Part shown: piece after piece, positions 40,198 to 50,350 of the stretch | Position numbering within the stretch: the first letter of the stretch is position 1 | Layout of the letters: each line of letters starts with the position of its first letter | Assembly: GCA_965116795.1 (NCBI GenBank) | Contig: OZ220716.1 | Span: 1,098,503-1,162,502, forward strand | Source: Gammaproteobacteria bacterium | Lineage (GTDB): Bacteria > Pseudomonadota > Gammaproteobacteria > JAJFKG01 | Length of the DNA stretch: 64,000 bases | Reading direction: 5' to 3' | Made by a program: the position numbers and the translations under genes | The notes under the pieces: model-generated | The model's input: the letters and a program-made list of their open reading frames with translations, nothing else | What the model was told of the DNA's origin: nothing | Database searches by the model: none

Positions 40198-42156
40198 GTG
40201 CGCCACGAAGCGCCGTATTGCTAGCGGTTGAAAGTACCGCCGGTGAAGTGGAGCCCACCACACACCGTACCAAGTCTTGGGCGAGCTGTGGTAACGCAGT
40301 TGGTCAAGCGTAGATAGGGAGATATTAGGCCGTAGGCATGAGTCGAAGTGATTGAGCCTCGAAAATTTTTGATTGGAGTGGTCGATGGTGTGTTCGGACC
40401 AGAAGACAATATTGCGCATGACGAAAATGGGAAGCCATGCGTAGCACTCCCGGGGTCTGAGAGCATGGCATGATATCAAAGCAATACAGTGAACGTGGGA
40501 GACCCTGGTTATTCGCAAAGGAAAGCGTATTGGGCAACAAGCCTAACGGCAAGGCGCCTGAGAAGATAACCAGGGAGTCAGAGGAGGCATAGTATTGATG
40601 AAGATGGGTAATGCCATTGGAGAGAAGGCCTCCAGGCAAGCAACACCTCGAGGGGGAAACGTGATGAGAACATCAGATTCTCAATTAACAACGGCAACGC
40701 AACTTGAGAGGATAGCTTGGTTGTCCACGCAAGATAAGACGAAGACATTTAGGTGCATAATGCACCATGTCAACGTTGACTCTTTGCGGGCATGCTATTA
40801 CCAGTTGGATGGAAGAAAAGCAACAGGTGTAGATGGGATAACGAAAAAGCAATACGGGGAAAACTTGACGGCGAACTTAGAAGAACTGATTACCAAGATG
40901 AAAACGATGAGTTACCGGCCACAACCAGTAAGACGGGTAACAATCCCAAAACCGGGACAGGCAGGTAAAACGCGTGCACTTGGGATTGGCAGTTTTGAAG
41001 ATAAGCTGGTACAGAAACAGTTTCAGTGCATATTGGAAAGCATATATGAGCCACTATTCTTGCCAAGTTCCTATGGTTTCAGGCGAGGGTTAGGCTGTCA
41101 TGATGCGATCCGTGCACTACGGAGCTATCTGTACAAAGAGCGAGTTGACACTGTAATAGATGTTGATCTGGCAAGATACTTCGACAGCATAGATCATAAG
41201 GAACTAATGAACATTATAAGCAAGAAGATAAAAGATAAACGATTTATCCGATATCTAAAGCGGATGTTCAGAGCGGGTGTATTGAGTGCAGGAGAACTGA
41301 CAGTTAGTGCAGAAGGCGTAGCACAAGGAAGCTGCGTTAGTCCTGTGCTTGCCAATATATTCGCGCACTATGTGATAGATGAGTGGTTCGAAAGTACGGT
41401 AAAAGCACACTGCCGTGGAAAAGTTGAGTTATTTAGATACTGTGACGATCTTGTGATTTGCTGCGAATTTGCAGCGGACGCACAGCGGATCAAAACAAGT
41501 CTAGGGAAACGCTTGACACGCTACGGACTGGAAATGAATGAAGAGAAGACATGTCTGATTCGGTTTAATCCGAACCGAAAGGGCTGCGAGACATTCAACT
41601 TTTTGGGCTTTACATATTATTGGGGTAGATCAAGGCGAGGTTATTGGACGCCAAAGGTGAAGACCGAAGGCAAACGGCTTCGTACAAAACTCAAGAATAT
41701 AAAGCAGTGGGCGAAAGCAGCAAGGCATAAAGCTGAAACAGAAGACATTTGGGCGTGTTTCTGTAAGAAATTGCGGGGACATATACAATACTATGGTGTT
41801 TCAGACAATCTAAGGCAGGTAAACACATTTGTGTGCCATGCGACAGAAACAATGTCTTACTGGCTTAACCGTCGAAGCCAGAAACGATCTTTCAATTGGG
41901 AACAGTTTGACAATTTTAAACGATTGCACCCAGTACCAAAAGTAAAGGTTTATCATCGGCTATATTGAAATCCACAACCAGTGAAGTGGAGCTTGTCGTG
42001 AGCCCATTGCCTTAATAGGGCACGATGTGGTTCTAACGAGGGGCCGGGGCACAAGTGAACTATGAGCAAGATATTGTGGCACCATCAGAAGGAAACGAGA
42101 TGGAAACAGTGAAAACGAACTTTGCTCTAAGGTACACGAGGAACCGGTCTACTCAC
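40198..42156 (+). mobile_element. Group II intron with RT/maturase
   Basis: 5' GTGCG at 40198; domain V gagcccattgccttaatagggcacgatgtggttc (~42000); 3' ctactcac; EBS1-like gttcgg pairs with exon ccgagc. Confidence 0.92.
40664..41968 (+). CDS. ltrA: Group II intron reverse transcriptase/maturase, no endonuclease domain
   Basis: KATGVDG, SYGFR, D..RYFDSI, QGS..SP.LAN, RYCDD, FNFLGF, and X domain LRGHIQYYG. Confidence 0.93.
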   Translation: MRTSDSQLTTATQLERIAWLSTQDKTKTFRCIMHHVNVDSLRACYYQLDGRKATGVDGITKKQYGENLTANLEELITKMKTMSYRPQPVRRVTIPKPGQAGKTRALGIGSFEDKLVQKQFQCILESIYEPLFLPSSYGFRRGLGCHDAIRALRSYLYKERVDTVIDVDLARYFDSIDHKELMNIISKKIKDKRFIRYLKRMFRAGVLSAGELTVSAEGVAQGSCVSPVLANIFAHYVIDEWFESTVKAHCRGKVELFRYCDDLVICCEFAADAQRIKTSLGKRLTRYGLEMNEEKTCLIRFNPNRKGCETFNFLGFTYYWGRSRRGYWTPKVKTEGKRLRTKLKNIKQWAKAARHKAETEDIWACFCKKLRGHIQYYGVSDNLRQVNTFVCHATETMSYWLNRRSQKRSFNWEQFDNFKRLHPVPKVKVYHRLY

Positions 42157-42403
42157 TAAATCAAATTGCTGGATGGACTTCCTTGACCTACTCGGCGCCC
42201 CAAAAAAGCGGTTAATTCGTTTTAGCTTTATAAATACATAATGGGCATCTTGATGATGCCTTCTTGTTGTTAGTAAAACCGATACGTGAAGCGTATCGCA
42301 TTATCGATGACGATGCACGTATAACAATTACTTATTTTGTCGGCAAATAAAACATCAAACGTCCTTCCCCCTGCCAACATAAACGCTGTGGAGGTGAATT
42401 GTC

Positions 42404-42766
42404 ATGAGTATCCAGTATGAGGTTAATCGATTAACCGAACGCCTAGCGACAGATACAGCACTGCTACACCAAATTGTACACGGTGATGAGCATACCACGG
42501 TTACCACCGAAGGCGGCTTAGTCAAATCTGCAGCCTATGTCATTCATCAACTAGAGCAAACGGTCGCAACAGCTGAGTTAGTGAAGACCGCCACAGCCAA
42601 CTATCAGGTGGTCGTTGCAACGGCAGAGTTGGTGATACCAGAGAAGTGGTTTATTCGTCTGTTGCAGTTATTACAGCAACAGCTGGCGTGTGAAGCCGCC
42701 TTAGTGCTAATGGATATGCGGACATTACCAGCAGCAACAAGCAAGGATTTATCTGAAACAACATAG
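42404..42766 (+). CDS. Phage tail-associated hypothetical protein
   Basis: LHQIVHGD...TEGG.VKS shared with the 44567 ORF. Confidence 0.65.
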   Translation: MSIQYEVNRLTERLATDTALLHQIVHGDEHTTVTTEGGLVKSAAYVIHQLEQTVATAELVKTATANYQVVVATAELVIPEKWFIRLLQLLQQQLACEAALVLMDMRTLPAATSKDLSETT

Positions 42767-42776
42767 GAATATCACC

Positions 42777-44030
42777 ATGCCAACCTCAACTGAAACTCAA
42801 GCTGAATTAACCGATGCAACTACAACTGAAACAGCGACTTCAACCGAAATTGAAAACACTACGTCACCGACTGAACTAACCGCCCTTGGCAGTGACATTC
42901 GTTCATTGCGCGATACATCACGTACCTTGGTGGATACCGTCACTCACAAAATCGATGACATCACCGCGCAGCTTGATTTGAAAAAGCAAGAAGTTGACAG
43001 CCTGATTGCCACATTATGTTTAGAGGATGTCGTATTGGAAGTGGGTGAAGACAAAGATTATGCAACACCCCAAGCGGCATGGGATTATTTGGTTGATAAG
43101 AAACTGCGTGGCAAGATTATTATTCGCCTTCACCCAGGGGAATATGCGGTGAATAAACTTGAATTTAATCACCAACCCGATGCCAGCCACATACAGGTGG
43201 AAACGGTCTCTGATGTCGATGGCGATACGGTGATCCGCTTTATCCCCGATGAAAAAGGTAAATCCCATGGGTGGTTCTTCTATAATACACGCCATATTCA
43301 TTTTTACGGCAAATTTAAATTGGTCGGTCATGGAGCAGACACCTATCGTGGTGTGTATGTGGCTGACCACAGCCATGTTACCTTTGAAGCGCATGCCTTA
43401 AGCATTGAAAACTGTAATACCGGTGCAGAGGTATTGCGCGGTGGGATTTTGTTGGCAGATTATGTCAGCATGACACAAGTCAACACAGGTGTGGCTGTCT
43501 ACATTGGTGGCATTGGACTTTTGCAATACCTCTATGCTGAGGGCGTTAGTCGTGAGGTCTCTCAACGCGGAGCGGTATGTTTTGATGGTGGCACGTTGTA
43601 TACGATGCACAGTCAAGTCAAACACTTTGCATTGGGTTTCTCAGCCCATCGCAGCAATTCCTTTTTAGCCGCCAATCAATCGACAGCGGAGGATTGCACG
43701 ATTGGGTTTAGTGCCTATGGCGGAGAGCTATTGGTACATGGTGATGGTGTGGACAAACGTGGATTAGCCATCCGTTGTGATGATGGGACAATGTCTGTTT
43801 ATCATGGCACGGTCTATGCGCCTTGGCTAGCCGTAGAACAGTGCAATCGGGCTTTTATCGCGGACCAAAATTCCTATCTCTTAGCCAGCTATACCAAAGT
43901 CAGTCATTGTAAAGACGGTTATATTGCCATAGCCAACTCGTTTGTGCTGGCAGATGGCACGGTTGCCAATACAGTCAATGTGGACAATCCAGTCATTACG
44001 ACTGAGGGCGGATTAGTTCGGCAATCGTAA
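42777..44030 (+). CDS. Tail fibre/spike-like protein with parallel beta-helix
   Basis: VG..KDYATPQAAWDYL...I.LHPGEY followed by beta-helix-like repeats. Confidence 0.65.
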   Translation: MPTSTETQAELTDATTTETATSTEIENTTSPTELTALGSDIRSLRDTSRTLVDTVTHKIDDITAQLDLKKQEVDSLIATLCLEDVVLEVGEDKDYATPQAAWDYLVDKKLRGKIIIRLHPGEYAVNKLEFNHQPDASHIQVETVSDVDGDTVIRFIPDEKGKSHGWFFYNTRHIHFYGKFKLVGHGADTYRGVYVADHSHVTFEAHALSIENCNTGAEVLRGGILLADYVSMTQVNTGVAVYIGGIGLLQYLYAEGVSREVSQRGAVCFDGGTLYTMHSQVKHFALGFSAHRSNSFLAANQSTAEDCTIGFSAYGGELLVHGDGVDKRGLAIRCDDGTMSVYHGTVYAPWLAVEQCNRAFIADQNSYLLASYTKVSHCKDGYIAIANSFVLADGTVANTVNVDNPVITTEGGLVRQS

Positions 44031-44049
44031 TGTTAATTGAAATAACCTC

Positions 44050-44523
44050 ATGATTACATGGCCAGATAAACTCCCTTTCCCCACGGTTGAAGGTTACAGC
44101 ATTCAACCCGGCGATGCGATTGTGCGCACCGATATGGAGGCGGGCAGTGCGCGTCAACGTCGTCGCTTCACTCAAGTCCCTAGCCGTATTCAAGTACGCT
44201 GGTTAATGTCACAAACCCAGTTTGCGATATTTGAAGCCTGGTACAAGTGGGAGGCTCGCGAAGGCGGCGCCTGGTTTGATGTTACCTTGTTAGGTGGCTT
44301 AGGATTGTTATCGCAACAAGCGCGTTTTACTCAAGCTTTTCAAACACAATTAGTCACCGGCACACTGTGGGAAATCCACACCGAGCTTGAAGTACGTGAA
44401 CGGCCTGTGCTGACTCACGACACATTACATCTGTTGTTAACCGAAGACATGCAGGGATTGATGGATGCGATTGATGGCTTGCATCGGTTGGTGCATTACA
44501 CCTTGCCAAGTTATTTCCATTAA
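44050..44523 (+). CDS. Distal/minor tail protein
   Basis: WP..LP.P...GY...RTDMEAG.ARQRRRF...FEAW...GG.WF. Confidence 0.75.
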   Translation: MITWPDKLPFPTVEGYSIQPGDAIVRTDMEAGSARQRRRFTQVPSRIQVRWLMSQTQFAIFEAWYKWEAREGGAWFDVTLLGGLGLLSQQARFTQAFQTQLVTGTLWEIHTELEVRERPVLTHDTLHLLLTEDMQGLMDAIDGLHRLVHYTLPSYFH

Positions 44524-44566
44524 TGGGTTGTATTTAACAATCTATCATCAGCGTTAAGAGTAAGCT

Positions 44567-45097
44567 ATGACATTGCAAAAGGATTTAGAGCAAGCGGTTG
44601 CGCAAGTCACCCAAGACAGTCAAACGCTACATGAGATTGTACACGGTGATGAACAGGCTGTGGTTCCAACTGACGGGGGTGAGGTGAGCTCCCCTGCTAA
44701 AGTCATCTTTGACATAGAGCAACAGATTCAACAACAGTTATCCGACTTAAACGTGACTTTAGTAGCATTGAATGATGCCGTCGCACAAGCAGAACACTAC
44801 GCAGGTAACGCCAAGCAACAAGCACAGACGGCCGCCACCACGGTGGGCACGGTGAATCTCCCAACGGATTTGACTGGGGGTGGCGGCCAGTTGTTAGCCG
44901 TCAACGCTAAAGAGAATGGCTATGTCCTAACGCAATCGAGTAACACTGTATATGGTTTTTTCAAAGACGGCGCCAAACTGAAAGTGAATATCAATGAAGA
45001 ACACTGTGATGTTAATGATTTTTTAACTTACTGCATTGCCCCAGTGGGTATTGCGATTGAAATCGATACACGTGGACACTTATTAGTAACGGTCTAA
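44567..45097 (+). CDS. Phage tail-associated hypothetical protein
   Basis: N-terminus paralogous to the 42404 ORF. Confidence 0.65.
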   Translation: MTLQKDLEQAVAQVTQDSQTLHEIVHGDEQAVVPTDGGEVSSPAKVIFDIEQQIQQQLSDLNVTLVALNDAVAQAEHYAGNAKQQAQTAATTVGTVNLPTDLTGGGGQLLAVNAKENGYVLTQSSNTVYGFFKDGAKLKVNINEEHCDVNDFLTYCIAPVGIAIEIDTRGHLLVTV

Positions 45098-45112
45098 TGA
45101 CATGGGAGCAGT

Positions 45113-46777
45113 ATGACAATTTTAGATTTAGGCAACATCCGCATGAATTGGTGTGGAGCATATGACAATGACATTGCTTATGTGCGTGATGACGTTGTCT
45201 CTTATCATGGCTCAAGCTTTATTGCTAAGCGCGATGTGGTTGGAGTTGCGCCTACCGTTGGCGATGATTGGGATATGTTAGCCGCTGGCACGCATCAATT
45301 GATTGAGCAAGGAGATTTGTTAACGCATGATGGCAATGCAACGATACGCTTACCCTGTGGTAACCCAGGCCAAGTATTGCAAGCTGGGAATAACCAGCAA
45401 CCGCAATGGCGTGATGTGGGTTTGCATCCTTCACAAGCGGTGTGGAAATTATCCCAAGTGAATGGCTTAGGAGGCTGGTATACCCGTGTCTACTTGATGC
45501 GCGATGGATTGATTAAAGCCTGTGGCTTAGGTAACAATTACAGCAATGGAGACCCCAATGCTAGCCATACTTACTTACCCAGTCGGGTAGCGGCTTTAAA
45601 TAACGAGGTACGTTTTGTAAACGTTTTCTCTGGCGGTCAGCAACATTATGCATTAACACAAGAAGGCGACGTATGGGCATGGGGATTTAATAACTATGGT
45701 CAGTTGGGACATGGTGATACGCTGCATCGCAGTATGATGAGACGCATTGATTTTTTCTTTAACAACAATATTAAAATTAAACACATTGTTACTGGTCGGC
45801 CTAATCACTATGACTATGGCTGTGCATTCTTCTTAACAACTGACGGCGAAGTCTATGCTTGTGGCTATAACAGTAACGGTAGTTTAGGTAATGGCACCAG
45901 TACCAATCAATATACACCGGTGCGCTGCGGGGCATTGACTAACATTGTGAGTTTAGCGGTATCGGGTCAACCTTACAGTGTGTATGCCATTACAGAAGAT
46001 AGACAATTGTGGGTATGGGGGTGGAATCACAATGGGCAATTGGGGTTGGGCGATACTGCTGACCGCCATAGTCCTATCTTGCATCCCACTTTGCATAATA
46101 TTGCTAAAGCGGTGATTACGTGTGGTTATAGAACAGATGGGCAAGACGCTGCTGGTAATGGGTTAGTGTTATTAGACGATGGCACACTGTGGTCAACCGG
46201 TTACAACGGTTATGGTCAGTTAGGGCATGGCGATACAACAAATCGCACCAGTTTTTCTCAAATCCAACATGCGTCAACGTTTGTGGATATTGCCACAGGA
46301 GATGGACGTTACCCAAGTTCTGCTGCTATCACCGATAAGAAAGAACTCTATGGTTGGGGATACAATAACTACGGACAATTAGGCACAGGCAATACCGCGC
46401 ATCAACATTCACTGACTAAACCCAGTGCGGATTTCCAAGGCAAAGTCGATACAGTCTGTTTTGGGGGTGGTGCCAGTTATGAGGGCTGCATTGTGCAAAG
46501 TGGCGATGCATTATGGGCCGCCGGTTACAGTGATCGCGGTAGTCTTGGAACGGGCTCAAAGTCTGGCACAAACAATCGATTCAAACGCGTGCTCGGACAA
46601 TCAGGTGAGATTCAAGATTGGGCGTGCTTCGGCCAAGGCCAGACAGACTGGGGATTGGGTGTGTTATACACCGATGGGCGTGTGGATGCGTGCGGGTATA
46701 ATAGCAGTTACGGTGCAACCGGTACGCAAAGTGGCAACTTGCACCATGTGTTGGTGCTCAAGAATGTAATTTTCTGA
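45113..46777 (+). CDS. RCC1-repeat tail protein
   Basis: Multiple WG.N.YGQLG.G repeats; N-terminal YVRDDVVSY.GSS motif. Confidence 0.88.
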   Translation: MTILDLGNIRMNWCGAYDNDIAYVRDDVVSYHGSSFIAKRDVVGVAPTVGDDWDMLAAGTHQLIEQGDLLTHDGNATIRLPCGNPGQVLQAGNNQQPQWRDVGLHPSQAVWKLSQVNGLGGWYTRVYLMRDGLIKACGLGNNYSNGDPNASHTYLPSRVAALNNEVRFVNVFSGGQQHYALTQEGDVWAWGFNNYGQLGHGDTLHRSMMRRIDFFFNNNIKIKHIVTGRPNHYDYGCAFFLTTDGEVYACGYNSNGSLGNGTSTNQYTPVRCGALTNIVSLAVSGQPYSVYAITEDRQLWVWGWNHNGQLGLGDTADRHSPILHPTLHNIAKAVITCGYRTDGQDAAGNGLVLLDDGTLWSTGYNGYGQLGHGDTTNRTSFSQIQHASTFVDIATGDGRYPSSAAITDKKELYGWGYNNYGQLGTGNTAHQHSLTKPSADFQGKVDTVCFGGGASYEGCIVQSGDALWAAGYSDRGSLGTGSKSGTNNRFKRVLGQSGEIQDWACFGQGQTDWGLGVLYTDGRVDACGYNSSYGATGTQSGNLHHVLVLKNVIF

Positions 46778-46797
46778 TGCCGGATTATTAAATCAGC

Positions 46798-47370
46798 TTG
46801 TTAATTGCCAACCTAACCCTACTGCAACTTAATCATATTAGTTTAAGGATGAATGAAACAATGACAGGTAGAATCAAATCGTATGTACATAATCGGCAAC
46901 CGCAGTTTAAAGAAAGCACGGTGCCGCCGATTTATTTAGGCGACATCAATGGACGCGTGTACTACGCATTTAGTCATGAAGCAACAATACCATCAGGGGG
47001 TAAAACTGTTACGAAGAATGAGCATCAAACATTAAAAGTTAACAGCGTACTGATAAAACAAGTCAAAGCAGAAGCCATGCGGCGCATTTTAGCCATAACA
47101 CCGTATTGGAAACAAAATAATGCATTAGCGTATTTGTATGCATTAAGCAACAAAGATAATTTAACCGATGAAGAAAAGTTACGTTTAGATAACGCTAAAC
47201 AATTGTGGGCAACCATTCAGTGCTTACGTAAACGTTCTAATGACATTGAAGCCGCTTTATTGCAAGGAGGCACCATCGATTATATGAATGATGCCGCTTG
47301 GGAAGAAGAGCAAGCGCAAGAGAAAAATAAAGCAAAAGAAAAAGAACAACAAACACAAGCGACAACATAA
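46798..47370 (+). CDS. Hypothetical tail-associated protein (start probably 46849 or 46861)
   Basis: KAEA.RRI...P.WKQ.N resembles tail fibre assembly proteins. Confidence 0.6.
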   Translation: MLIANLTLLQLNHISLRMNETMTGRIKSYVHNRQPQFKESTVPPIYLGDINGRVYYAFSHEATIPSGGKTVTKNEHQTLKVNSVLIKQVKAEAMRRILAITPYWKQNNALAYLYALSNKDNLTDEEKLRLDNAKQLWATIQCLRKRSNDIEAALLQGGTIDYMNDAAWEEEQAQEKNKAKEKEQQTQATT

Positions 47371-47377
47371 CAATGCC

Positions 47378-48774
47378 AGATGGTATGGATCTCCGACTTA
47401 GGAAGGCTTCATAATGAGCCGCAATTGAAATTAATCAATTGAAACGTTAAGAGGAGATCCGAAATGAATGTTACTACAGTAGGTATAGATTTGGCAAAGA
47501 ATGTATTTCAACTATACGGTGTTAATGAGAAAGGAGAATGTGTGTTAAAAAAACGCTTATCACGAACAAAATTTGCAGAATTTATTCAACAACTGCCTAA
47601 ATGTCGTTTGGTAATGGAAAGTTGCGGCAGCGCACATCACTGGGCAAGACGCTTTAAAGCAATGGGTCATGAAGTCAAGCTAATAGCGCCTCATTTTGTG
47701 AAGCCGTTTGTGATGGGCAATAAGACGGATGCCAACGATGCTAGAGCAATTTGTCTAGCAAGTTTATGTGCAGACATGCGTTATGTGCCAATTAAAGAAT
47801 TAGAGCAGCAAGATATTCAAAGTCTTCATCGGCATCGAGAGTTATTAGTTAAACAGCGCACGCAATTAGTGAACCAAATACGGGGTTTATTGGCAGAATA
47901 TGGTGTCATCATCCCAAAGCAAATACGTTTTGTACGTAACCAATTACCAGAGATTGTGGATAATAGTGAAAATGAATTGACGCCTTATGCCAGGGAGTTA
48001 TTTAGAGAAATGTACAACGAATTAAAAGAAAAAGATAAAAAGCTAAAGGGCTATGATGTGAAGCTTGAATCAATAGCCAAGGTACATCCGGCCTGTGGCA
48101 ATTTAATGACAATACCTGGTATTGGTAGCAAAACAGCAACGGCATTGTATGCATCTGTGGGTTTTGCTCATGAGTTTAAAAATGGTCGTCAGTTTGCAGC
48201 ATGGTGCGGATTAGTACCCAAGCAATCATCCAGTGGCGAAAAGGTGCGATTAGGGAGCATTAGCAAGCGAGGCAACGCTCAACTTCGTACGTTGTTAATT
48301 CACGGAGCCCGTTCAGTGATGCGTTGTGCATCGAAATCTGAGACGCCAACAGCACGTTGGGCATGTCGAAAGCAAGCACGTAGTTCGACGAACCGTACAG
48401 TTGTTGCTTTAGCGAACAAGAATGCACGAATTGCTTGGACAATGCTGTCACAAGGTGTTTGTTATGATGGCAATTTAGCTTGTGCTGGTGGCAATGTGTG
48501 AGGTTTTTTGTTGATTAGCAAAAAACATAAAGTTTTTTAGTGAGTAATCGCAAACGTAAAAGTAATGGATAAAATAGGTAAAACCGACTTTCTAAAAACC
48601 TAACAGGGTCTGGGGCACTAGATAGATGCCATATGCCAGATGAGGAGAGAAAGTTGCATAGTGACCATTAGGGCTCGAACAAGATGATTGTTCACTACGA
48701 AGCCAAATATAAGGTAGCGACCTACTAAACCATTTTTCCTGAAAACGCTTGCATTGCACGGGAGATCCATATAA
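47378..48774 (+). mobile_element. IS110-family element, IS1111 subgroup
   Basis: Sub-terminal IRs atggatctcc (47385) and ggagatccat (48761); non-coding region 3' of the transposase; removal restores ATG CCA GAC CCA. Ends are ambiguous by the shared aga core. Confidence 0.9.
47464..48501 (+). CDS. IS110 family transposase
   Basis: GIDLAK, ME.C, KTDANDA, IPGIG, GLVP..SSG, LIHGA. Confidence 0.95.
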   Translation: MNVTTVGIDLAKNVFQLYGVNEKGECVLKKRLSRTKFAEFIQQLPKCRLVMESCGSAHHWARRFKAMGHEVKLIAPHFVKPFVMGNKTDANDARAICLASLCADMRYVPIKELEQQDIQSLHRHRELLVKQRTQLVNQIRGLLAEYGVIIPKQIRFVRNQLPEIVDNSENELTPYARELFREMYNELKEKDKKLKGYDVKLESIAKVHPACGNLMTIPGIGSKTATALYASVGFAHEFKNGRQFAAWCGLVPKQSSSGEKVRLGSISKRGNAQLRTLLIHGARSVMRCASKSETPTARWACRKQARSSTNRTVVALANKNARIAWTMLSQGVCYDGNLACAGGNV

Positions 48775-49312
48775 AGACCCAACGTTAAGCCAAGCCATTT
48801 GTGAAGCGTATGCGTCATCACCCAGTGATGTAGTGATATTGCATACCTTAGAATTGCGCCACCCAAAGTTTGTCGATGATGAGGGTAACGTTATGGCAGT
48901 AAGATTGGTGCGCGATTATCAAAACTTAGCTGCAACGCTTGAAGAAGATGCACCACTGAATGCAAATGAAACCGTGACATTCATTGCGATGAGCTTTGAT
49001 TTGAGTTTGCCGACGGTGGATACCGCGCCAGTACCGGAGATTACTGTCACTATTGACAACGTTAGTGGGACACTGATGAAACACTTGGATGCCGCAGTAG
49101 ACAGTGGTGATAAAATTGAGGTGACATACCGGCCGTATTTAAGCAACGATACATCGACTCCACATATGGTGCCACCGATTACATTAGCGTTATGTGATGT
49201 CGAAGCCGATGTCATGCGCATCGTAGGACGTGCCAGAATGCTCGATATTGGTAATAAACGGTTTCCAGCCGATAGCTATACTATTAAACGTTTTCCTGGC
49301 TTAGCGCGTTAA
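48775..49312 (+). pseudogene. DUF1833 tail protein, separated from its start codon (47373) by the IS
   Basis: Reconstructed N-terminus MPDPTLSQAICEAYASSP; LHTLELRHP; VTYRPYLS. Confidence 0.8.
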
Positions 49313-49373
49313 CGTAACAGTCAACACTTTCTTTGATCTTTTATTCTTTAATCAAAAAAACAGAGTAACCCTT

Positions 49374-49790
49374 ATGACCCATTGGGCTTGTCAGTACATT
49401 GGTTTGCCGTGGCAAGCTGGTGGCAGAAATGTATCAGGCTTCGATTGCTGGGGATTGGTGAAGTATGTGCAACAAAAACATTTTAATTGCACATTGCCTG
49501 ATATTCCCGTTGATGCGGTTAACTTAACACAGGTGGCTAAAGCATTTAAGCAGCACCCCGAAAAGCAACGCTGGCAATTAACTCAAAACCCTGCTGAAGG
49601 GCATGCCGTATTATTACGTCAATCACGTTACCCGATTCACGTTGGGATATGGATTGCCATTAATGCCACTGAACAAGGCGTACTGCATTGCGTGCAAAAG
49701 AGTGGCGTTGTCTTTCAAACGGTTAACAGTTTGCAGGTATCAGGTTGGCAAGTTGAGGGCATTTATAAATTTCAAGGTGATTCACTGTAA
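49374..49790 (+). CDS. NlpC/P60 tail tip protein (gpK-like)
   Basis: YIGLPW...GFDCWGLV...HVGIW...LH. Confidence 0.88.
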   Translation: MTHWACQYIGLPWQAGGRNVSGFDCWGLVKYVQQKHFNCTLPDIPVDAVNLTQVAKAFKQHPEKQRWQLTQNPAEGHAVLLRQSRYPIHVGIWIAINATEQGVLHCVQKSGVVFQTVNSLQVSGWQVEGIYKFQGDSL

Positions 49791-50173
49791 TGGCGCATGT
49801 TGTTATTCTGCATAACCCTTTTTTGTGTGAGCGTGGGCGAGAGCTGATTACTGTTGATCATCCTGTTACCATTGCAATGTGGTTGATGCAGACTAATGTT
49901 GTTACATTTGAATTACCGACAATTTGTTTAGTCAATGGCAATCCATTGTTACGCCAAGATTGGCAAACAACAATTATACAGGCAAACGATGTCATTACCT
50001 TTATTACCCTGCCACAAGGCAGTGGGGGCGGCGGTAAAATCTTACGTTCTGTGTTAATCAACTATGGTTTTCAAATGTTTAAAAATTTTTCTTTTAGCGA
50101 AGAAATATACAAATATGGCTAGGTACAGCACATGGCTATAAGCAAAGATAAAGAAAAAAGTAGATACTAAGAC

Positions 50174-50314
50174 GCCTTACAAAGCACAAATGAATATAGG
50201 TTAAGCGTGGTTATTGTCAAGGGTGGCTTCACTAACAGTGGTGCATTCAGCATTGCACTGCAACCCTTGACAATAACCACGCTTAACCCAAAATGTCATC
50301 ATGCCTTGTAAGGC
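50174..50314. repeat. Long inverted repeat within the IS 3' region
   Basis: 26-bp perfect arms 50199-50224 / 50263-50288; outer arms gccttacaa / ttgtaaggc. Confidence 0.85.
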
Positions 50315-50350
50315 TCGTTCTGTGCTACATCTTGCGATTAAAGTATTATT

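Noticed and set aside
40595-41968. RT as part of a diversity-generating retroelement or retron diversifying the kinases
   Set aside because: It sits inside a complete group II intron with a maturase domain; I found no TR/VR pair with adenine-specific differences.
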